DNA of 38,028 nucleotides, taken from positions 9,417 through 47,444 of the forward strand of contig JAPLHK010000096.1 of NCBI GenBank assembly GCA_026389715.1, in the 5' to 3' direction. The position numbers and the translations under genes are program-made. Source of the DNA: Chloroflexota bacterium (GTDB taxonomy: Bacteria > Chloroflexota > Dehalococcoidia > GIF9 > UBA5629). A model generated the notes under the pieces. That model ran no database searches, was not told the DNA's origin, and was given only the letters and a program-made list of their open reading frames with translations. Position 1 is the first letter of the stretch, and every line of letters begins with the position of its first letter. This document shows positions 26,581-33,586 of the stretch, one piece after another.

Positions 26581-27770
26581 ATGACTTCTTTCTCCATCAG
26601 TTCGGCGATCCTGTCTTCGCTGTATCCCAGCAGTTCGCTGTAGACCTCGCTGTTGTGCTCACCCAGGAAGGGAGCAGGCGGAAAGGGGTCGCCGGGCGTC
26701 TGAGAAAGCTTGAAGACCGTCCCCGGCATCTTGAGTGTGCCTGAGAGCATCTGCTCGACTTCCACGGTCATCCGGCGGCTGTTCATATGCGGGTCAGCCA
26801 CGATCTGGGCAGTATCCATAACCCGAGCGAAGGGCAGCATGGCGTCATCCATTATCTTTTGCAGGTCTGCCATGGTCTTATCCTTCACCCAGGCCGCTAC
26901 TATGCTGTCCAATTCGGCCCTCCGCTGCACGCGCGAAACAAGGGAAAGTGAGTCCTGGTCCTGGATGAGGTCTTCCCGTCCCATGACCTGCGCCATCTTT
27001 TGCCACTGGCCGATGGTCACGATGCAGATTACCACGTAACCGTCCCTGGCATGGTAAGTATTCCAGGGGACAATGCCGGGGTGCATGTTGCCCAGCTTGA
27101 TGCCCGATTCACCGCTTAGCACGTAGGCCCCCAGTGTCTCAACAGCGGTAAGCAGCCAGATGCAGTCCTGAAGGGAGACATCCACCCGCTGCCCCTCACC
27201 ACTGGCGTTGCGGTGTTGGAGCGCAGCCAGGATCGATATCACCGTGAAAGCGCCGCCGCCTAAATCGGCGATGGCCGGCCCGCACTTGGTAGGCGGGTTA
27301 TCTGGGAACCCGGTCACGCTCATTAACCCTCCCATAGCCTGGGCTATCGAATCAAAGGCCATCCGGCCTGCGTTCGGCCCCGTCTGGCCGAAGCCGGAAA
27401 GCGACGCGTAGATAAGCTTCGGGTTGTTTTTTTTCACTTCGTCATACCCCAATCCCAGCCTGTCCATCACGCCTGCTGAGAAATTCTCCAGCAGCACATC
27501 CGACCTGGAAATCAGGTCGCGCGCAATCTCAATGCCCTCCGCCCTTTTAAGCTCCAGGGTCACGCTCTTTTTGCCGCGGTTGAGTATAGTAAAAGTATAA
27601 CCCTCCCCACCCTCGGTGATGGGAGGGATCGTCCGGCAGGCATCCCCACTCTCCCTGAACTCCACCTTGATTACCTCCGCACCCAGTTCCCTCAGAAGCA
27701 TGGAACAAAATGGACCTGCGTACATTCGGCTGAAGTCCGCCACGCGGACTCCTGATAGTGCTCCGGGCAT
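26577..27770 (-). CDS. family III CoA-transferase (CaiB/BaiF/Frc type)
   Basis: 397 aa with an ATG 4 nt after AAGGAGG. It carries LSGVRVADFSRMYAGPFCSMLLRELGAEVIKVE and IADLGGG motifs. Its stop codon overlaps the hypF stop (TTAG, 26577-26580). Confidence 0.85.
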   Translation of the reverse strand: MPGALSGVRVADFSRMYAGPFCSMLLRELGAEVIKVEFRESGDACRTIPPITEGGEGYTFTILNRGKKSVTLELKRAEGIEIARDLISRSDVLLENFSAGVMDRLGLGYDEVKKNNPKLIYASLSGFGQTGPNAGRMAFDSIAQAMGGLMSVTGFPDNPPTKCGPAIADLGGGAFTVISILAALQHRNASGEGQRVDVSLQDCIWLLTAVETLGAYVLSGESGIKLGNMHPGIVPWNTYHARDGYVVICIVTIGQWQKMAQVMGREDLIQDQDSLSLVSRVQRRAELDSIVAAWVKDKTMADLQKIMDDAMLPFARVMDTAQIVADPHMNSRRMTVEVEQMLSGTLKMPGTVFKLSQTPGDPFPPAPFLGEHNSEVYSELLGYSEDRIAELMEKEVI

Positions 27771-27903
27771 GTTACCTCCTTGTTATTGGCTGATTAACCA
27801 ACCGGACATTATCCTTTTTTTTCACACGGATGGCAAGCCGGATTCCGGCCGCTCAACACATGCGCGCCAGGCGGGCGCCGATTTATCCCGATGTGGCTTC
27901 CGC

Positions 27904-27932
27904 TTGTTCAGGTACCCGTTTTTAGCTATACT
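27904..27932 (+). promoter_or_regulatory. putative sigma70-like promoter for hypC operon
   Basis: TTGTTC (27904-27909), 17-nt spacer, TATACT (27927-27932). The hypC ATG lies 8 nt after the -10 element. Confidence 0.35.
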
Positions 27933-27940
27933 TCTTGCAC

Positions 27941-28168
27941 ATGTGCCTCGCAGTTCCGGTCAAGATAACGTCGATCGAAGGCGACCAGGCCGATGTAGAT
28001 ATCGGCGGGGTGAGCCGCAGGGTAAGCATCGCGCTCACACCGGAAGCCGAGGTCGGCAATTACGTCCTGCTGCATACAGGATACGCCATCAACGTGCTTA
28101 ACGAGGAGGAAGCGCAGGAGACGCTCGACCTCCTTGAACGCATGGTTGAAGCTGGCGAAGGGGAATGA
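27941..28168 (+). CDS. hypC: hydrogenase maturation chaperone HypC/HupF family
   Basis: 75 aa beginning MCLAVP, the invariant N-terminal Cys after Met. The ORF-track TTG at 27935 was rejected in favour of ATG 27941. Confidence 0.9.
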   Translation: MCLAVPVKITSIEGDQADVDIGGVSRRVSIALTPEAEVGNYVLLHTGYAINVLNEEEAQETLDLLERMVEAGEGE

Positions 28169-29181
28169 TGAAAATAATCAGGCCGGTATTTATATCTATT
28201 TTCTTATTTGCGGTCATTGCAGCGATAAGCCTGTCATGCGCAGCCCAACCGCAGGGCTCACCGCCGGCTGCGCCGCCGGATATACCAAAGCAGTCTCCGA
28301 TCCTGCCCACGCCTGCTGCCGAAAATGTGACCCCTGCTGCGGTGCCACAAACAGGGAAAACCGCCGTCAACCTGGGGAAACTGGTGTTTGTTTCCGGGAC
28401 AAACGACCCTGGCGGGCCGCAGATATATACGGCTAACATAGACGGTACTAATTGGATTCGGTTGACCAAGAGTAAAACGGGCGGCGACCGCTTCCCCAAA
28501 TGGTCGCCTGACGGAACCAAGATCGTCTTCTATACTGACCGTGACGGCAATTACGAAATCTACTTGATGAACGCCGACGGCAGCAATCCTACCAGGCTGA
28601 CCAAAGACAATGGCAATAACGAGATGCCGGCCTGGGCTCCGGACAGCCGGAAAATCGCCTTCACCTCCGACCGCGATGGGAACGAGCAGATTTATACGAT
28701 GGATGCGGACGGCGCCAACCAGGTACGGATTACCAGCAACACATTCAATGACGCCGCCCCCTGCTGGTCACCGGACGGCAACAGGATAACCTTCCAGAGC
28801 GACCGCGACGGCAGCCCCGAGATTTACACCATGCGTTCGGACGGCAGCAACCAGGTGAGGATTACCAGCAATCTGCAGGTTGATACCTTCCCGTCCTGGT
28901 CGCCGGACGGCAACAAAATCGCCTTCCAGTCCAACGAAAACGGCAATTTCGAGATATATACGATGTACCCCGATGGCACGGAGCGCAAGCGCCTTACTAC
29001 GGGCACAGTTGACAATAAGTATCCCGCCTGGTCACCGGACGGCATCAAGATAGTTTTCTACTCAAAACGGGATTGCTCCAACGACAACGGCGAGATTTAC
29101 ATTATGAATGCCGACGGCAGCGGCCAGGTGCGAGTGACGCGCAGTGAGTGCACGGACTCCGGGTTAGCCGACTGGCGGTGA
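28165..29181 (+). CDS. PD40/TolB-like beta-propeller lipoprotein
   Basis: 338 aa with its start in ATGA overlap with the hypC stop. It has a signal peptide plus lipobox (ISLSC), a Pro/Ala-rich linker, and six ~44-aa PD40 repeats (W[SA]PD[GS]xxIxFxSDRDGNxEIYxMxxDGS). Confidence 0.85.
   Translation: MMKIIRPVFISIFLFAVIAAISLSCAAQPQGSPPAAPPDIPKQSPILPTPAAENVTPAAVPQTGKTAVNLGKLVFVSGTNDPGGPQIYTANIDGTNWIRLTKSKTGGDRFPKWSPDGTKIVFYTDRDGNYEIYLMNADGSNPTRLTKDNGNNEMPAWAPDSRKIAFTSDRDGNEQIYTMDADGANQVRITSNTFNDAAPCWSPDGNRITFQSDRDGSPEIYTMRSDGSNQVRITSNLQVDTFPSWSPDGNKIAFQSNENGNFEIYTMYPDGTERKRLTTGTVDNKYPAWSPDGIKIVFYSKRDCSNDNGEIYIMNADGSGQVRVTRSECTDSGLADWR
28378..29178 (+). repeat. tandem 132-nt (44-codon) intragenic PD40 blade repeats
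   Basis: The TGG codons of the WSPDG anchors fall at 28501, 28633, 28765, 28897 and 29029, exactly 132 nt apart. One degenerate blade lies upstream. Confidence 0.85.
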
Positions 29182-29258
29182 ACGCTACGGGTAGCAGCCG
29201 GCCGGCGTTTCAGCGGCGTTTGTACGTTGCGTTCTAATTCAAGTAGAATAACTATCTG

Positions 29259-30350
29259 ATGAGGTTCATCGACGAGTTCCGCAATGCCGAACTGGTTCGC
29301 AGGCTGGCCGATAAGATCGCCAGGGTTTCCACAAGACCGGCCAGGCTGATGGAATTCTGCGGTGGTCACACGGTCGCCATTATGCGCAACGGCATCCGCC
29401 AGTTGCTGCCGCCCACCATCGAGATGCTCTCAGGCCCCGGTTGCCCTGTTTGTGTCACAGCCAACAGCGACATCGATAAAGCCATTGCGCTGGCCGGCCT
29501 TCCGGATGTAATCATTACCACCTTCGGGGATATGCTTAAGGTCCCCGGCAGCTACTCCAGCCTCCAGAAAGCGCGTGCCGAAGGCAGTGACATACGCATC
29601 GTTTACTCCACGCAGGACGCACTGCAGGTAGCCCGCGATAACCCGCAGCAATCAATTATCTTCATCGGGGTCGGCTTCGAGACAACCGCGCCCACCATCG
29701 CCATGGCAGTCGTACAGGCCGAAAAAGAGGACCTGCGTAATTTCTACGTGCTCTGCCAGCTCAAGACAACTCCCCCCGCTATGAGGGCACTGCTCGACCT
29801 GGGTGAAATCAAGATCAACGGCATCATCTGCCCGGGGCATGTTACCACGATTATCGGCACCGGCGCCTACCAGGCTTATGCCCGCGATTACGGCGTGGCC
29901 TGCGTGGTCGCCGGCTTCGAACCTGTCGACATCCTTCAGTCCGTGGAGATGCTGGTGCAGCAGATTGAGCGGGGTGACCCCCGCGTTGAAATCGCCTACA
30001 CCCGGGGTGTCAGGCCCGATGGAAACCTGAAAGCGCTGGAACTGATGCACAACGTCTTCGATACCGCCGGCGCAAGCTGGCGCGGCCTGGGCGAGATACC
30101 CGGTAGCGGCCTCAAGTTGAAGGTGAAATACGCCCGCTTCGATGCCGGCCGCGCATTCGACGTTGTGCTGCCCCCTGCCAGGGAGGCGCCCGGCTGCCGT
30201 TGCGGCGAGGTGCTGCGCGGGGTTATCGCTCCGACCGGCTGCAAGCTTTTCAGAAAAGCCTGCTCTCCCGAGAACCCTATCGGGCCCTGCATGGTTTCCT
30301 CAGAGGGCAGCTGCGCCGCCTATTACCAGTACGGAGAGTCCGATGGGTGA
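29259..30350 (+). CDS. hypD: hydrogenase maturation Fe-S protein HypD
   Basis: 363 aa with motifs EFCGGHT, GPGCPVCV and PGHVTT. Confidence 0.97.
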   Translation: MRFIDEFRNAELVRRLADKIARVSTRPARLMEFCGGHTVAIMRNGIRQLLPPTIEMLSGPGCPVCVTANSDIDKAIALAGLPDVIITTFGDMLKVPGSYSSLQKARAEGSDIRIVYSTQDALQVARDNPQQSIIFIGVGFETTAPTIAMAVVQAEKEDLRNFYVLCQLKTTPPAMRALLDLGEIKINGIICPGHVTTIIGTGAYQAYARDYGVACVVAGFEPVDILQSVEMLVQQIERGDPRVEIAYTRGVRPDGNLKALELMHNVFDTAGASWRGLGEIPGSGLKLKVKYARFDAGRAFDVVLPPAREAPGCRCGEVLRGVIAPTGCKLFRKACSPENPIGPCMVSSEGSCAAYYQYGESDG

Positions 30351-31347
30351 AAAAATATTGCTGGCTCACGGCAGCGGCAGCAGGCTCAGCCACGACCTTA
30401 TAGACAGGATACTTGCGCCACCTCTCAACAACCCTATCCTCTCCCGCATGGACGACTCGGCCGTCTTCGACCTCTCCGGCAGAGTGGCTTTCTCCACCGA
30501 CAGCTACGTGGTCAGCCCGATTTTCTTCCCGGGCGGGGATATCGGCAGACTGGCGGTCTGCGGCACGGTTAATGACCTTTCCATGAGCGGCGCCCGGCCT
30601 CTCTACATCAGCCTAGCCTTGATTATCGAGGAAGGCCTGGAATTGGAAGATTTGCGCAGGGTTGTCGAGTCCGTCGCGGAGACCGCTGCAGAAGCCGGCG
30701 TAATAATCGTTACCGGCGATACCAAGGTAGTCAACCGCGGCAAGGCTGACAGCCTTTTCATCAATACTGCCGGTATAGGCCTTATCGAAGGTGAAGCGGA
30801 CATCTCGGGCTCTAACGCCAGGCCGGGCGACAGGATAATCCTGAGCGGCGGCATCGGCGAGCACGGTATGGCCGTCATGAGCAAGCGTGAAGGTCTGCAG
30901 TTCAACCTTCCCGTCACCAGCGACTGCGCCCCTCTTAATCACCTGACAGCCGTTATGCTGGCTGCCAGCCGCCGGATACATAGCCTGCGCGACCCCACAC
31001 GGGGAGGCCTGGCCTCCACTCTCAACGAATTCGCCCGTCAATCCGGAGTGGGGATTAGCATCGAAGAGGCAAAAATACCCGTCCATGACGGTGTACGGGG
31101 CGCCTGCGAGCTGCTGGGACTGGACCCGCTTTATATAGCCAACGAGGGCAAGCTGGTAGCGGTCGTTGATCCGGGAGACGCGGACACGGTGCTGGCCGCG
31201 ATGAAAAAGAATAGATACGGGGTACAGGCCGCCATAATAGGCGAAGTCACTACTGAACATAAAGGCCGCGTGGTGATGAAAACCAGGATAGGCTCTTCTC
31301 GCATCGTCGATATGCCGGCAGGCGAGATATTGCCGCGTATTTGCTGA
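30343..31347 (+). CDS. hypE: hydrogenase maturation protein HypE (carbamoyl dehydratase)
   Basis: ORF 30142-31347 trimmed to ATG 30343, which overlaps the hypD stop by 8 nt (ATGGGTGA). 334 aa with a PurM-like fold and the invariant C-terminal PRIC. Confidence 0.95.
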   Translation: MGEKILLAHGSGSRLSHDLIDRILAPPLNNPILSRMDDSAVFDLSGRVAFSTDSYVVSPIFFPGGDIGRLAVCGTVNDLSMSGARPLYISLALIIEEGLELEDLRRVVESVAETAAEAGVIIVTGDTKVVNRGKADSLFINTAGIGLIEGEADISGSNARPGDRIILSGGIGEHGMAVMSKREGLQFNLPVTSDCAPLNHLTAVMLAASRRIHSLRDPTRGGLASTLNEFARQSGVGISIEEAKIPVHDGVRGACELLGLDPLYIANEGKLVAVVDPGDADTVLAAMKKNRYGVQAAIIGEVTTEHKGRVVMKTRIGSSRIVDMPAGEILPRIC

Positions 31348-31351
31348 TCTC

Positions 31352-31810
31352 ATGGAAACCCGAGTGCGTATCACTGTGCTGGGCATCGGCAACCCCCTGT
31401 GCCGCGATGACGGCATAGGTATCCGTGTTATCGGGGAGCTGCGGGAAAGCGGAAAATACCCGGAAATAGCTATCCTCGACGGCGGAGCCGCGCCTGATCT
31501 CTTTTCGCTGCTGGACCCGGACTCCGGCAAGCTGATTATCGTGGATGCGCTGCGGGGCGGGGGCCGGCCGGGGGATATCTACCGGCTCAAACTCGGCGTG
31601 GAAAATATCGCGGATGAGATTCCCGCTTCCCTGCACGGTATGGGCATCCTCGATAGCCTGAAACTGATGAAGCAACTGGGCAGGCGCCTGCCCGCCGTGA
31701 TTATTATAGGCATTGAACCGGCCGATGTTTCGCACGGCCTCCGGTTGTCACCTGCCATAGAAGCCCTGGTCCCGGACTTGATCAAAGCCGTGGAAGAGGA
31801 ATTGTGCTAA
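31352..31810 (+). CDS. hydrogenase maturation endopeptidase (HyaD/HycI/FrhD family)
   Basis: 152 aa with ITVLGIGNPLCRDDGIG and GIEP motifs. It starts 4 nt after hypE. Confidence 0.9.
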   Translation: METRVRITVLGIGNPLCRDDGIGIRVIGELRESGKYPEIAILDGGAAPDLFSLLDPDSGKLIIVDALRGGGRPGDIYRLKLGVENIADEIPASLHGMGILDSLKLMKQLGRRLPAVIIIGIEPADVSHGLRLSPAIEALVPDLIKAVEEELC

Positions 31811-31881
31811 TATCATTGAAATAAGGTGTGCATTATGCTTAAATTAGATAACGCTTACCCGATTAATGAGTACCTGAAATT

Positions 31882-32151
31882 ATGAGTCCAAAGGAATTTG
31901 CGCAGGATGTAAAAGACAGGGCCTATATCAGGCAGAAGCAGGCCTGCGCGCACTGTGGTGAAAAACTGGAGGTGGCTGCGGGCTTCGCCCACTTCAAAAA
32001 GCCGGCTGAACTGGGTGGGGATAATTCGCTGCAAAACTGCGTAATCCTCTGCCAGAGGTGCCACCTCGAGTACGGCCATATCGGCAAGTGGAGCAAATTC
32101 GTAATTACGCAGGATTACCCCCACTTCGCCTCCGACGGCATGCCTCATTAG
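31882..32151 (+). CDS. small stand-alone HNH endonuclease-domain protein
   Basis: 89 aa with CAHCGEKL...FAHFKKPAELGGDNSLQNCVILCQRCH, matching the CxxC...HxxPxxxGG...N...CxxCH HNH pattern. The SD is weak and the upstream spacer is AT-rich. Confidence 0.6.
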   Translation: MSPKEFAQDVKDRAYIRQKQACAHCGEKLEVAAGFAHFKKPAELGGDNSLQNCVILCQRCHLEYGHIGKWSKFVITQDYPHFASDGMPH

Positions 32152-32218
32152 CACTTTTCAACGAAGCCGGCAGGTTGCGCAACCAGTTGCACGATAAGTT
32201 GGAACTCGGAGTCGCGAA

Positions 32219-33400
32219 CTATTTCGGCTTCAGGAAGTTGACTGACTGGCCGGTTATCACATACTGGTACTGGGTGCCCTTCATTTCCACTTTCCATATG
32301 CCGTAAAGGCCGGCGATACGCTCTCCCGAACGGTCAAAGGTGATATTACCGCTCACCCCCGGGTAGCCCGTTCCCACCACCGCCAGCGCTTCCCTGATCG
32401 CATTCCCGTTATATGCATTGGCCTTTTCCATTGCCGCCGCTATGAGATAAACTCCATCATACGTGGTATCGCAGTACACGCTGGGCGCGATGCCGTAAGC
32501 TTTCTCATAGCCGAGGGCAAAGCTCTTATATATATTGGAGTTGCTGTCAGGAACCGGCGCGGTGCCGGTAACCGCCTTCTCCATGAATTTGGCCGCATCG
32601 AGGTATTTATCCAGCGGCATACCGTAGGATCCGTCAACCGCTATCCAGGGTATATTATCCATCCCTGACTTAAGTGCCTGCTCATAGATAACCGCCCCGT
32701 CGCTGTAAAGCCCGGCATGCAGGATGCATTCAGGCTGCTGATCTTTGATAGAGTTGAGTTCCGATAGATAACTCAGTTTGGCGGGATCGTACCTCAAAGA
32801 GATTACGATATCGGTTGTCCCCTTAAGGTATTCCCTGGCGGTTTCTTCTATCCCCCTGCCGTAAACCGTATCCTGTACGAGGGTGGCCACTTTTTTATAT
32901 CCCTTGTCTTTTATCAATTGCGCTGCCACGCCTCCCTGCAGCGAATCGCTGGGGCATACACGGTATGTCCATCCGGACCACTCCTGACCGGATAATGAGC
33001 CGGAAGTCGCAGATGGGGAAACCAGCAGCACCCCCTTGCTCTTTATATAGGGCCCGGCGTTCATCACCGCTTCACTGGTAGTGCAGCCAATTATAACCTG
33101 TACTTTCTGCTCATCGATAAGTTTGTGTACCGCGTATAAAGCCGTCGCTGCCGTTGGACCTTCGTCCTGTGTAACCAGCAACAATGTCTTGCCGTTTATA
33201 CCGCCTTTTTCGTTTATCTCATTAACGGCGAGCTGAGCCGCCTTGATCAGGTTCGGCCCCTGCGCCGGCGCACTGGAAACCGCCATCACGCATCCTACGG
33301 GTATCTCGGCCGGCAATGGCGGAGAAACCGGTGCGCAGCCCGGCAGCCAACACGCTATTAAAAAAGAGGCTAAGGCCACAAACAAATATACTGATCTCAT
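32219..33400 (-). CDS. ABC transporter substrate-binding protein, type-I PBP (Leu/Ile/Val-binding-like), lipoprotein
   Basis: ORF 32219-33430 trimmed to ATG 33400, which is preceded by GGGAGAGAG. It has a signal peptide plus lipobox (WLPGC) and LivK-like features (GINGKTLLLVTQDEG, GVLLVSPSATS). No permease or ATPase genes are adjacent. Confidence 0.8.
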   Translation of the reverse strand: MRSVYLFVALASFLIACWLPGCAPVSPPLPAEIPVGCVMAVSSAPAQGPNLIKAAQLAVNEINEKGGINGKTLLLVTQDEGPTAATALYAVHKLIDEQKVQVIIGCTTSEAVMNAGPYIKSKGVLLVSPSATSGSLSGQEWSGWTYRVCPSDSLQGGVAAQLIKDKGYKKVATLVQDTVYGRGIEETAREYLKGTTDIVISLRYDPAKLSYLSELNSIKDQQPECILHAGLYSDGAVIYEQALKSGMDNIPWIAVDGSYGMPLDKYLDAAKFMEKAVTGTAPVPDSNSNIYKSFALGYEKAYGIAPSVYCDTTYDGVYLIAAAMEKANAYNGNAIREALAVVGTGYPGVSGNITFDRSGERIAGLYGIWKVEMKGTQYQYVITGQSVNFLKPK

Positions 33401-33489
33401 ATCTCTCTCCCGCGGAAATTTTATCATCACTGCCGCTGATTTTGCATACCAATTATATCACTTCCCAAGTTGTGCCATGGCGATCGGTT

Positions 33490-33518
33490 TTTACTGTTTG
33501 CACCAATCAATGTAAAAT
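33490..33518 (+). promoter_or_regulatory. putative promoter for PAS/HD-GYP gene
   Basis: TTTACT (33490-33495), 17-nt spacer, TAAAAT (33513-33518), about 68 nt upstream of the GTG start. Confidence 0.3.
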
Positions 33519-33586
33519 ACTCAGGTAACAACCGGCCGGCGCCGGCAATTCTTACTTGATATTACGCATTAACGAGGTGGGCGCAG

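Noticed and set aside
22911-27770. Idea that the MFS transporter plus family III CoA-transferase form an oxalate (OxlT/Frc-like) module
   Set aside because: The two genes are separated by hypF and are not co-oriented as a unit. No oxalyl-CoA decarboxylase is present. Family-level similarity alone does not identify the substrate.
30142-30342. 67-codon N-terminal extension of the hypE ORF in the track
   Set aside because: The extension lies inside hypD in another frame and is Pro/Ala/Arg-rich. The conserved HypE N-terminus starts at ATG 30343, which overlaps the hypD stop.
30613-31530. 305-aa minus-strand ORF opposite hypE and the endopeptidase gene
   Set aside because: It overlaps unmistakable hypE (PRIC terminus) and protease genes. 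It has no motifs and an Arg/Gly/Ala-rich composition.
31855-32154. 99-aa minus-strand ORF overlapping the HNH gene
   Set aside because: The plus-strand frame carries a complete HNH motif, and the minus-strand translation has no recognisable features.
32173-32184. GGTTGCGCAACC palindrome considered as a terminator between the HNH and solute-binding genes
   Set aside because: As a hairpin it would have a 4-bp stem and 4-nt loop at best, with no U-tract. It is kept only as a remark under the HNH finding.
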